Below the pieces are notes generated by a model. It had not been told where the DNA came from. It ran no database searches and was given only the letters and a program-made list of their open reading frames with translations. Made by a program: the position numbers and the translations under genes. From Deltaproteobacteria bacterium TL4 (GTDB lineage Bacteria; SAR324; NAC60-12): a stretch of DNA of 41,268 nt. Shown piece by piece: positions 30,301 through 39,000 of the stretch; within the stretch, counting starts at the first letter, position 1; the number at the start of each line of letters is the position of its first letter. The stretch covers positions 1 through 41,268 of the forward strand of contig JBBCAX010000291.1 of the NCBI GenBank assembly GCA_051382335.1, read 5' to 3'.

Positions 30301-33300
30301 TAAAGACAAAAAGTCCCCACTGCTAGTTGGCGTTATCCCCAATAAATGAGTACTGTTTAGAGGAAACAACATCGTTTTCCCTCCTATCAGCTCATGACTA
30401 TCTGTATCTTTAAAGACACTCACCAAGAGTTTGACGGTCAGTGTCGAGCCTTCTGGTGGAACTGTTCGTGTAACAATGCTCAACGTATCTCCAACTAAAG
30501 TCGTATTACTCGTATCCAAGGTGTAAGATTGTCCATTACTGTCTGAAACGAAAATACTACTACCCAGAAAAGAGTTGCTGACGGACTCACTAAAAACCAC
30601 TTTTAAAGGGTTGCTTGTGGATAAATCGACACTATCGTCAAGTTGCGAGGTTGTAGCGTTTGAATAAGTCGCGTTTTTGATACCAGCCACAAAAGGCGCA
30701 CTGATTTCACGAACCAGTTTGATAACCAGGAAACCATCTCTATTGCTTGTTGAATAATAACCTTGGTTTGAGGGAAACACCAAACTACCAGTGGAAAGTA
30801 AAGAGTTCCCCACACTATCTTGAAAGCCGAAGAGTTTTAGTGACAACTCAATTTCTTCTCCTTCAGGGACATTTCCTAAAGCGTAAATTGAAAGAACGTT
30901 GCCATTCAACGCTGTTTTTCCAGAACTGGTATCAATCGAATACTGTTCTCCTTCCACCACCAAAACAATATCGGATCCGGCTGTAAATGTAGCGTTGTTA
31001 ATGGTTTCACTAAACACGACCTTTAAGGGGGTCGCTGAAAAATCGACAGGAGCTTTGATTGTCAATCGTGTGGCGCCATAGGTTGCGTTGGCTATGCCTT
31101 CAACACCAGGAGACATTCCTGTTCTTTTAAGGGTTAGGTTAACATAATTGGTCATGTTGCTATTGCTCACCGTGGTTGTGACTCCAGAGGGAAATTCAAG
31201 AGCTTTAGGGGTTCCAACTTTCCCAATATTCAAGAGATTCCCACTTGAGTCTTTAAACATTGATGATGCCAAACGTACAATGAAGGTACGGCCTTCTTGA
31301 GGAGCTGTTGTCGTATAGATATTCAACACATTACCACTGATGGCCGTTTTTCCGGAGGACATATCTAACACATAACCTTCACCTTCAGAATCGCTATTGT
31401 CATACACCACAATCGCGTCGCTTAAACTTGAACTGGAAACCGGCTCACTAAATACGATTTGCAAGGGTGCGTTGACCAAGTCAATCGCATCCGCCAATTG
31501 AGTTGCGTCAGCAATGCCATTTCCTGTTGTATCTAAACGGAAAGCATCCCGAATACCAACAATGTAGGGAGCCATTCCTCCACGCTTGATCATCAAGGTA
31601 ACCAACGTTTGAGTACTATCGCCACTAACCACAGGGGCACTTCCTGACACCACAGGATACTGCAGAGCTCTTGGACTGGAGCTCGTTCCAACATCAAGGG
31701 AATTGCCGGAAGAATCCTTAATCATTGCCGGTTTTAAAACCACCTTAACCTTCCGACCTTCTAAGGGGGCAATTGTAGAGTAAAGACTCAAGGTCTTTCC
31801 ACTCACCGCTGTTTTCCCGCTCCCTGTATCCAGAGGATAAGCCATACTTCCATTTTCGTCAATTAAGGTAATCGCATCCGAGAGGCTACTAATAACCACC
31901 GCTTCACTGAAAATTAATTCTAATGGCGTGCTGACCAAATCAACACCCTCATCCAACTGAATGGCATCCGCAACTCCATTTCCATCAGTATCGACTCCAG
32001 AGACATTACTAAGCCCCACCAAATAAGGAGCCATGCCTCCCCGCTTCATTTTAAGGGTTACGGTCACTTGCAGATCCTCTCCGCTTACGGAAGGCTGAAA
32101 GCCTGAAACGACCGGATATTTCAGATTTTTAGGGACAGTGCTGGTGCCTACGTCCAACGGGACGCCCCATGAGTTTTTGAAGGAAGCGACCGTTAATTGA
32201 ATAGTGAAGATGGCTCCCTCTTTTGGGGCCTTCGTACTATAAAGGCTCAAAACATTTCCATTCATGGCCGTTTTGTCGGCACCCATCTCTAGGGGGTAGG
32301 CTTGAATTCCATTTTGATCCATTAAGCGAACAGAAGAGGCCAAGTTGGTAACCACCATATTTTCACTAAAATTGATTTTTAAGGGAGTAGTTATCAGATC
32401 AACACTCTCTGCCAGCAGAATTGCGTCTTTTACGCCATCTCCGTTCGTGTCCACACCTGACGCATTGAGAAATCCTTCTATCACAGGTGTGAAATTCCCA
32501 CGTTTGATCGTTAACGTGACAAATTCTTCCGTCTGAATGGGCGTGACATCAATATTGGTAATGGACTTTGCGCCATTGAGTTTGTTACCAATCGCGTCTT
32601 GAAAAGCGGAGCGTTTTAAACTAACCGTGAATTCAGGTTCTATGGTTGGTGACTCTTCCGTATAAATGGTTAAGATATTTCCACTTAAAGTAGAGGCATC
32701 AGAACTGGCGTCTACGGATACAGGGTAAACCGTTTTAGTTCCATAAACCCTTATGGCATCCGCTAGATCAAAACCTTCGGTGTTAATGTTTTCGCTGAAA
32801 ATAATTTGTAAAGGCAGGGTCACCATGTCCACGTTCTGAGACAAATGAATGTCATTATCAATGCCTTCAGCATTGCGAATCGCCTGAATGAAAGGAGCAG
32901 CTCCTCCCCGTTTTAGTCTCAATGTAACGTATTGGTTACTGGCGCTAACACCTTCAGGAGTGTATTGTCCCAGTGGATTGTTGGCTGCCATCTGCGTTGG
33001 ATCAAAAGGAAAGGCGAGAGCACTTGCGATCAGAGCGTTTGAACGGTTGGATGTATCCATGAAAGAGGATTTCAACAGTTGAAGCGTTAAGACCGCCGTA
33101 TCCGGAGGTGTTGTGGCGGTATACAAGGTTAAGGTATCACCTGAGAGACTCGATTTACCGTCACTTGGATCCAGAATGTAACCAACGCCTTTTTCATCGA
33201 TCAGCCTTAGTGAGGCGTTTAAATTGAAACCCGTGGTATTCAAGGGTTTGCTGAACTTGAGAATCAAGGGGGTCGTTACAAAATCGATTTGTTCCTGGAG

Positions 33301-35421
33301 AAGCAACATGGGGGGTTGAGCCAAATCCACCTGGGCACTAAGAACACCTTGAACATAAGGCGCGCTTCCCGTCAAATCCATGGTGAATAAGACATATTCC
33401 TGAGCCTCTCCAACCGGAGTTGCGCTGACTCCCGTTTTCGATGGAAACCTTAATGCCAGTGAGGAGGGGTGCATTAAGGGAAGTCCCACTTCATCCACCA
33501 GAATTGCTTTATTTAAGAAAAGATTCAAGAAAACCGCGGAAGTGGGTGAAGTCGTCGTATAAAGCTTCAAGGTATTTTCCTGAAATTTTGTTTTTGCTGT
33601 ATCAATCGCATAACTGTTTCCAGCTCCATCAATAATCGTCAGGGCTTGTGCCAATTTATTGCTACTGATTTGAAGAGGTTCATTGAAAACAATTTCCAGA
33701 GGGGTGTTGAGAAAATCCACATTTTGCAGCAGCATGAGTTTATTGGAGGCATTAAAACCCGTATTTTGAAAACCAAGTACATAAGGGGCACCTCCATAAA
33801 GACGAACTTTGTACTCAAGAAAATAACCATCGGTACTATCACTCGGAGTGTAGTTGTTGACTAAGGTTATTTGTTTTTTTACCAGCACATTGGGATTCAA
33901 CGCGGTATCAATGTAATCGTAAGTTTTGAGACTAACCGTTAAAGTAGCACCTTCCGGAACAGGAATAAGCGTATAAATTTTCAACCTGTTGTTTGTTAAT
34001 TGCGTTAATTCTTCCGCCGCTTGGGTGGCACTATCTCCTGAGGCGTCACCACCCACTGCTTTAAGGGCGTTAAGGGATTTTTGAGTTTTAATGGGGTAGT
34101 AATTTCCATCTTGATCATGAATCATCAGGGATTGATTGGCATCAAAACGGCTGGGTTGCAGGTTTTCATTAAACACAAACTCAAGCGGGGTTTGGTTTAA
34201 ATTTACGGAGGTATCTACCTGGATCAGATTATTTTGTACACTTCCCCCTGTCACCGCCATGACATAGGGAGCAACACTGTCCAAAGAAATGACTGGAACA
34301 GCGCTTACGTCAGTAACGTTGATTAATTTTTTGTTACCAGGAACGGCGATTTCTGTACTGTATTTTAGATTCCAAGCACTGGACGCGGAATTCAAAACAT
34401 ACGTTCCTTCCGCAACATTAGCGAAGGTAAAGCGTCCTGAATCATCAGTAGACACAACGATTTCAGTATACCCATAAGTCACTTTTCCAGGGATATGCCC
34501 ATTGTCTACAACCTCCGAACAAGTTCCACCACAAGCGGCTGTTCCTGAGGCGTTGCCCCCTTTAACATTATCCACATCTGCAGCTTTGACATAAAAACTC
34601 AAAGGAACATTAGGAAGGGCATAGCCTGTGACTTCACTCCTTAGAACACCTGTCACCGTTTTATCCTTCTTTTTTAAGATGACATCACCACTCGTTCCTG
34701 CCAGCCCTGAAACAACCAGTGTATTTCCTGAAGGCAATTGACTTAATGCGACGGCATTTCCAAGATCTTTAATATTCCCTAACTGCCCTAACGTATCTTG
34801 GTCATAAATAACAGCCGTTGATCCCACATAGACCGTTGCGCTTAAATAGCCGTCTTTCACCACAGAAACGGGAACGGTTGATAAAATCACATTGCGTGCG
34901 TCTTGGGTGGTGGCCGTATGAGAGAGAGGAGCGATATCCACTTGTGAAACAGGAATCTCCGCAATGCTCCAGTTCCCCTGAGTATCCGTCTTGGTGGATT
35001 TCCCAAAGACCGAAACTCCCGCTTGAGCAATAGGACTCCCCTGATCATCTAAAACCACACCTGTCAAACTGGCCTTAAGATCCGTAAGTGCTGTCAAATC
35101 CCCACTATTTTGATTGCTAGTTGTTGTATTTGAACTTGTTGTAGATTCAGAGGTAGATTGGGATAGAGGAAGGGTCTTAGAACCATTTGCTGTATCATCT
35201 TTGGGTTCTACCCCTTTGGATTCGTTATCGGAACCGGTGACGTTATCTGAGGTATCATTCCCCGGTTTCACACTTAACGCATCACTTGACGCATCTCCCG
35301 AAGCATCAAGTTGAGAAGACTTATCCGAAGAAGAACCCGACGAAGAAGATTCCTGACACCCTATGAGAGATGCAAGCATAATCATTAAAAAACATAATAA
35401 TTTAATTTTTTCCTTACGCAT
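24370..35421 (-). CDS. Giant (3683 aa) repetitive surface lipoprotein, adhesin/S-layer-like
   Basis: RBS GAGG, lipobox LIG|C and Ser-rich linker; carboxypeptidase-regulatory-like domains (LTGVVLDDQGSPI; TDDSGRFTF.NV.EG.Y); 12 Big_5-like repeats; six shorter beta repeats; D-G/D-x-W-x-VGD repeats. Confidence 0.93.
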   Translation of the reverse strand: MRKEKIKLLCFLMIMLASLIGCQESSSSGSSSDKSSQLDASGDASSDALSVKPGNDTSDNVTGSDNESKGVEPKDDTANGSKTLPLSQSTSESTTSSNTTTSNQNSGDLTALTDLKASLTGVVLDDQGSPIAQAGVSVFGKSTKTDTQGNWSIAEIPVSQVDIAPLSHTATTQDARNVILSTVPVSVVKDGYLSATVYVGSTAVIYDQDTLGQLGNIKDLGNAVALSQLPSGNTLVVSGLAGTSGDVILKKKDKTVTGVLRSEVTGYALPNVPLSFYVKAADVDNVKGGNASGTAACGGTCSEVVDNGHIPGKVTYGYTEIVVSTDDSGRFTFANVAEGTYVLNSASSAWNLKYSTEIAVPGNKKLINVTDVSAVPVISLDSVAPYVMAVTGGSVQNNLIQVDTSVNLNQTPLEFVFNENLQPSRFDANQSLMIHDQDGNYYPIKTQKSLNALKAVGGDASGDSATQAAEELTQLTNNRLKIYTLIPVPEGATLTVSLKTYDYIDTALNPNVLVKKQITLVNNYTPSDSTDGYFLEYKVRLYGGAPYVLGFQNTGFNASNKLMLLQNVDFLNTPLEIVFNEPLQISSNKLAQALTIIDGAGNSYAIDTAKTKFQENTLKLYTTTSPTSAVFLNLFLNKAILVDEVGLPLMHPSSLALRFPSKTGVSATPVGEAQEYVLFTMDLTGSAPYVQGVLSAQVDLAQPPMLLLQEQIDFVTTPLILKFSKPLNTTGFNLNASLRLIDEKGVGYILDPSDGKSSLSGDTLTLYTATTPPDTAVLTLQLLKSSFMDTSNRSNALIASALAFPFDPTQMAANNPLGQYTPEGVSASNQYVTLRLKRGGAAPFIQAIRNAEGIDNDIHLSQNVDMVTLPLQIIFSENINTEGFDLADAIRVYGTKTVYPVSVDASSDASTLSGNILTIYTEESPTIEPEFTVSLKRSAFQDAIGNKLNGAKSITNIDVTPIQTEEFVTLTIKRGNFTPVIEGFLNASGVDTNGDGVKDAILLAESVDLITTPLKINFSENMVVTNLASSVRLMDQNGIQAYPLEMGADKTAMNGNVLSLYSTKAPKEGAIFTIQLTVASFKNSWGVPLDVGTSTVPKNLKYPVVSGFQPSVSGEDLQVTVTLKMKRGGMAPYLVGLSNVSGVDTDGNGVADAIQLDEGVDLVSTPLELIFSEAVVISSLSDAITLIDENGSMAYPLDTGSGKTAVSGKTLSLYSTIAPLEGRKVKVVLKPAMIKDSSGNSLDVGTSSSPRALQYPVVSGSAPVVSGDSTQTLVTLMIKRGGMAPYIVGIRDAFRLDTTGNGIADATQLADAIDLVNAPLQIVFSEPVSSSSLSDAIVVYDNSDSEGEGYVLDMSSGKTAISGNVLNIYTTTAPQEGRTFIVRLASSMFKDSSGNLLNIGKVGTPKALEFPSGVTTTVSNSNMTNYVNLTLKRTGMSPGVEGIANATYGATRLTIKAPVDFSATPLKVVFSETINNATFTAGSDIVLVVEGEQYSIDTSSGKTALNGNVLSIYALGNVPEGEEIELSLKLFGFQDSVGNSLLSTGSLVFPSNQGYYSTSNRDGFLVIKLVREISAPFVAGIKNATYSNATTSQLDDSVDLSTSNPLKVVFSESVSNSFLGSSIFVSDSNGQSYTLDTSNTTLVGDTLSIVTRTVPPEGSTLTVKLLVSVFKDTDSHELIGGKTMLFPLNSTHLLGITPTSSGDFLSLTLKRGGAEPYVLGVRNATFTGSVLQLDDTVDFTSTGIQVVFSESMKTSGFNGSTSIILVDAKDSTKALLIDSTNTAMSGSILTIRTTNAPAPGATLNLLLKKSDFKDLAQNSLKNINGVLLFPASYTPAEVTKNGEEYLKIVLLSKADTAPYVVGVKNASYSNGVPTQLRLGDAVDFSSANPMQIVFNETLSTANFNARTSLVVLDTTSGNVNKVYETSGSALSGNTLSVVLGATPPQDAVLKILLKSTDFTDTAALPNALETSSIPSLAYPEDNGNNYTPTKTDSQDGNTVFSYVTLKVALSEGAPFVVGVRNASFVDLDSNSTPESIQLDNSITLNTAPLQLEFNENINAISNLATAISIVDQAGITYSVDTSTGKSNLSGNLLSIYTTATPPTNAVLRIRLSRSDFRDSATFAHELTADKLSYPLEGATTYTPTLAEGNRVELKLYMSGAATPTTPNIIVQQVDSQSTTGDYRIQGLSVSGLLDYDENINGTIAQMNSSAASTSRLGALAQAIAVADATNYTNWTEASVSTNVGYLKLHNTEAGRTYTLTVSGSTPSRISIDTALANVSTSGQGATEVTDVVSANFTGVDNQELHVWIEGVVPGNEVKITTKNFSDNETVASFELKDVAPPMVAVQSVNASDFIQEGYSISAITESHVPGENDETGNAAVSDTTALFPTLALTSSLYDQLNRRHSSSIANTVPLLAGESGRTLSSGRNDEIYTQADYNAWATPLQKLVGTVLTDRANSTTLTVNSVSGFAVSDVVVLDDINVGRITAATAGSKTITVISNVTLEKGTTLYKAAPVPVTTVVWATPATTSFDVPSAIGFSVGNVIMVDDELTTILAITHGHAIALVGAAPTGPAVGNIVQRLSVDVSTVAELRSGSVSSGKTVNVLSVSGFSIGKMVRFGIQNKFYTIQSINESNRTLTVLQTITAPVDGDAMTQLSPVANASSTLTAYSTASNTLSLASTAEFQDGDILLIAAKYLVEIDTISSKLSMTVNTLNSAPEVGDVIQKYSPTNVSATLTADVSASKTLNVDSIAAFADGDILISATGLIGIINGDPVSSNSTLTLASPLGIFDAGSTVKAYNLTDEAALQEAVSMGETQLKIPFVEKSEFAANDLIAFCSAGEDSDCASTELNNDQVYTIQSVATDTDPTKALITLTAPLLAPQSATIDFVVQLERKTTAATRAIDLEVTEPLTITSTAAATVRGNSDLTIKNTTTGVTTVDAGVNASILVKLGDWRTINNNSLLSIKDLADLSGNSAQADAGVVIKDKTPPLATQATASGNVLTLVFDQAIELVGGTTLIVKDTDNTPEYTFTFTNGDGGRFGSATVNGVAYTSPEGYVISATAATLVVDPNGSNVSGTTSNVPVSAVLSNSNKTLTLTANSPEDSSENALMDMEGYFSPLSIVDANDTVAYIVDWSTAISDEAANTWNVVTTTANGNGASAAAQNDAYYCASAGPCKNPMISGTDSTVPLLKPVTQLKQCVDGNGDAATCMVSSASATTRLHLDASNDVSDGKWGVGDRVKGETYEIFITFSEEVTAGTITAEPFDSTSSTKATYSAVTVTALNGTTAIYKLTFSLTGGVVVAGDKLTLKDWSDKGLGKVMAINSLVENGQTNVVSARLTLTSETTLTVTNADILVVRSGTTVTSLDDSTPEPTIDSTAQVGHSKIALNSVKGAANDGIWSVGDSGSESYTVYYNFNKRVKLDNSTVELTTPTYSGLSNDASYTPGTVTLISPYTVQATFSLVNGDVVEGDTLYLLNLKDASSDTYIGLDIDGGANGNLDMRSSKAVSAKVVLNAAGTGATLSKPTHYDDNFDNDGDATADASWNMGVELAGNYNVQTMNALNIQNDSDDVWSVGDAAGTYSFKLKFSENILCVLDSTGNCTNITDTVDLKSSLGATKLIIADKKVYPIGNNTLQVVVSTNAAAVDGDYLELTVPDYAGNSNANIRLRLGATAGAGLIIDSNAF
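26800..28060 (-). repeat. Six ~65-75 aa repeats within the giant protein (boundaries approximate)
   Basis: TLTVNSVSGFAVSD, SFDVPSAIGFSVGN, TVNVLSVSGFSIGK, TLSLASTAEFQDGD, TLNVDSIAAFADGD, QLKIPFVEKSEFAAND. Confidence 0.75.
28940..34282 (-). repeat. Twelve tandem ~140-160 aa Ig-like (Big_5/SbsA-type) repeats (boundaries approximate)
   Basis: Each begins [A/T/S/E]P[Y/F/V/G][V/I/L].G..NA, followed by L...VD....PL.[I/V].F[S/N]E and GN.L.IY...P.G. Confidence 0.85.
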
Positions 35422-35809
35422 GTGACTACCTCTTTCATTATAACAAACTCAAGTTCGAAAAATGCCCCAACCTTTACCAGAAGTGACATGAATGAGGAAA
35501 CCTTTCCCCCAATACTCCAACCACGACTAACTGATGACAGTTCTGTTCTACTAACACTTTGAATTACGGAATTGCAACACAAAAATATAAACTTCCAATT
35601 TTTTAATGTTTGCATTTGAAAAGAGTTTTTGACATGTAGTGACCCCCTTGATATTATGACAAGGGTGATAATCAGGATCAGTCCTCTTCATCTGTTTTTT
35701 CACCAGAACCAAAAAATTTCGAGCTGTGCAGGTACCTTTTTAAAACCACAAAAAACACTAAAAACACGAAAGAAAACCTGCAAAATAAGGTTTCACGGAG
35801 GAATTCATT

Positions 35810-35969
35810 GGGGTTGGTCACATTTTCGGCCATGTGTCAAAAAACGGTCTTTGATTTAACACCTGGTTTGGGTTTTGTTCCGTAGGAGCAGACCTGTGTG
35901 TCTGCCCGGGATCAGGGCGAACACACAGGTTCGCCCCTACAATTTGTGGCCGAAAATGTGACCACCCCC
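35810..35969. mobile_element. Inner 160-bp MITE with 23-bp TIR and 8-bp target duplication
   Basis: GGGGTTGGTCACATTTTCGGCCA (35810-35832) / TGGCCGAAAATGTGACCACCCCC (35947-35969), one mismatch, flanked by AATTCATT at 35802-35809 and 35970-35977. Confidence 0.9.
35882..35940. repeat. GTAG-class REP doublet (REPIN-like)
   Basis: GTAGGAGCAGACCTGTGTGTCTGCCC-gggatca-GGGCGAACACACAGGTTCGCCCCTAC: two inverted, self-palindromic units with GTAG/CTAC feet. Confidence 0.85.
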
Positions 35970-36073
35970 AATTCATTTATTAAAAAATCATTTATTTCGT
36001 GTTTTTCGTGATTAATTTTCAAACCACCTGCACAGCTCGAAAAATTTTACTTCAGTGATTGTAGAGAAAAATT

Positions 36074-39000
36074 GTGAAACAAATAGTACGATGCGTGATG
36101 TTCTGTGGAGGATTCACCCTCTTCTGGATGGTGAATCTAAGCTATGCGGTTCCTCCCGCACCGGGTTTTCACAACTTTATCCAACCGAATGGAACTTCCT
36201 TTCAAGCGACGCTTCATGGAGATGAATGGTTTGCTTGGATTCAAACTGTTGAGGGCCGAATCGTCGTTAAGAATCCCAAGACTGATTTTTATGAATATGC
36301 CATAGTTCAAAAGGTTGATGGTGAAGATCAACTCCTATCTTCAGGAATGGTTGTGACGGTTGAAAAGGATGAGAATACCAAGTCAAATCCACAGTTCCAA
36401 CAATCTCAACCCCGCCTGCCTCCAATTTCCAGGGAAGTTCTGGGAACTCTATGGAAAAAAGAAGTTCAACGGCATCAAGAAGCGGTGCGGAAGGCCAAAG
36501 AACAATCTCAAAATTCAGCTTCTCCCTCTCAACGACCACGAAGCTCCTCTTCCCGATCACCATCTTCCTTGGCTCCGCCAGTTTCTTCCCAACCCGCTGT
36601 GGTGATCATGGTTGAATTCACGGATGTCGTCCTTCAAAGTGAGGCCTCGATTTGGAGTGATAAAATTTTTGGAACCGCCGAGGGACAATTGAACCATTAT
36701 TGGAATGAAATTTCTTACGGTCAATTTCAACTCTCCCGGGTTGCGGAAACGGAAGGCACCCCCAATGACGGAGTGCTTAAAATCAAATTGAATTCAAACC
36801 ATCCCAATCCAGGTCAAGCAGGAATGGATAGTGAATTCAAGCGTACCCTTGAAGCCGCTGATGTCTATATTGATTTTTCGACTTATGATACCGATAAAAA
36901 TGGGGAAATTTCGGATGCGGAACTGCAAGTCCTTTTCATTGTAGCCGGGGGAGAAGCTTCGAATGGGACTCCCAGTCCCCATGTTTGGGCTCATGCTTCC
37001 TGTATTTATGACGTCACGCCGCCAACGGTGGATGGGATTCAAGTTGGAGGATGCAGTTCCGGAGGCTATTCTCGTTTTGGAGAACGGCAGGATACGCATG
37101 ACGCCACTATTGGAGTCATCGCCCATGAACTGGGACATGCCGTTTTTGATCTTCCCGATTTGTATGACACCGATTCCAGTTCTGAGGGAATCGGAGATTG
37201 GGGACTGATGGGCGGTGGTTCCTGGGGAAGCAAGACCGGCGACGCTTATGCCGGAGAAACTCCTGTCCATCTGAGCGCATGGAGTAAGCTCAAGGTAGGG
37301 TTTGTCGATTCAACCAAGGTGACCACCAACTCCGGACAACAAATACACAAAAGTACCAGTTCTCAATACAAACCCATCAAAATCCTGACCAATACCAGCG
37401 GAGAATACTTCCTGGTAGAAAATCGTCAAAAGGATGGCTATGATCGGGGATTGAATGTGGACGGAACCTTTAATGGCGGATTAGCCGTTTGGCATGTTGA
37501 TGACAACAAAACAAACAATGACGATGAAACCCACAAATGGGTCGACTTGGAAGAAGCGAACAACATTGGTTTGGATAACAATGCTCATCGCGGCCATGCC
37601 AATAATTTATTTTTTCAAGGAAATCGTACCTCCTTCAGCAATACCAGCACTCCGAATAGCAAGCTCTATAGTGGCGCTTCAACAGGGATTACCCTCCAGA
37701 ATATATCCGCCACTGGAAATGTGATGACGGTTAATATCTCAGGAGGAAGCGGCTACGAATGTACCAGTACCCAAAGCGGATCCTTTTTGGCAACTTCTAC
37801 CTTTGGAAGTGATTCCAACTGCGGAAAACGGGATAATGTGGTGACCATCGCAAAGGGGCATACGGTGACCTGGAATGGAACCGGAGGTCCGTTAATCCAT
37901 CAAATCACGATTCAAAGTGGAGGAACTTTAAACATCACTGGAGCCAACGGGGTGATTGCTGCTGATGTTGTTTTGGCCGGAGGAACGTTTGCTGTAGATC
38001 AGGCTCTTACCGTTTCAGGAAACATCACTATGAATGAATCGTCTACCCTGGATTTAGCGGCGGTACTCACCTATACAGGCCAACAGGTTTCTATCGGAAG
38101 TTCCACTTTGACACTCAACGGCACGGGACGTTTGATGAACACAGACGCCCTCATTCTTAATAAAGCTTCTAGCCAACTCATTCTCAATGGAACCCTCATC
38201 CTCGCGAGTGTTTCTGTTTCTGGCGAAAATCTCAGCACAGGAAAGCTTGAGATTAACAATAATGCCACCATCACTTCCTTAGCGCTCAATAATACCTCAA
38301 TCATTAATGTAGCCGAGGGAAGCACCTTAACGGTTTCCAATTCAGTGACTCTTGCACAGAGTTTCACACTCGAACTTGGCGGAGGAGGAACCGTTATGCT
38401 TGCGGGAAGTGGTTCTCTTAGGTTGAACGACAGTAGTATTTTGAAACTGACGGGATCCGGGGGGGTGCTCAGCCAAGTCATTTTTTTATCCAGCAATGCG
38501 GAAATTGACGTTAACAGCAATTTTACAATTTCCAGCATCAGTTATTTCAATAACGTACTGACTGACAAGAAAATAGATATTGCTGAGGGCGTCGCCTTGA
38601 CTTTGACGAGCGGTTTGAACGTTCCGAATGGTACCACTACAGAACTGAGTGGCAGCGGAAGTTTGATATTTTCTAACGCCTACTTGGGACTCTATGCCAA
38701 TGGAACTCTAAAACTGACCGGAGTCAACGGAACGGTCAGTGATGTGATTTTTTGGGAAGATTCAGTTGAGGGAAAAATTGAGGTAGCTCAGCATTTTACC
38801 ATTTCCACTTTAACGCTGAACGGAAAGTCTATTGGAATCGATCTTGCTGAGGGTAAAATTCTATCACTTCAGAACGATTTTGATATTTACTCAGGTGATG
38901 AATGCACCTTGACCGGCGCAGGAATCTTCTCCCTCAACGGTACCCTGACAGCCTATGGTAAATTGAAAGGAACGGGAACCACTATTGATTTCAACCAAGG

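Larger units (their letters stand above)
35720..36039. mobile_element. Outer MITE with 14-bp TIR and 8-bp target duplication
   Basis: CGAGCTGTGCAGGT (35720-35733) / ACCTGCACAGCTCG (36026-36039), flanked by AAAAATTT at 35712-35719 and 36040-36047. Confidence 0.85.

Noticed and set aside
24554..35314. Many short plus-strand ORFs
   Set aside because: They are antisense shadows of the giant lipoprotein gene.
35629..35859. 76-aa ORF in the divergent intergenic region
   Set aside because: It is composed largely of MITE sequence.
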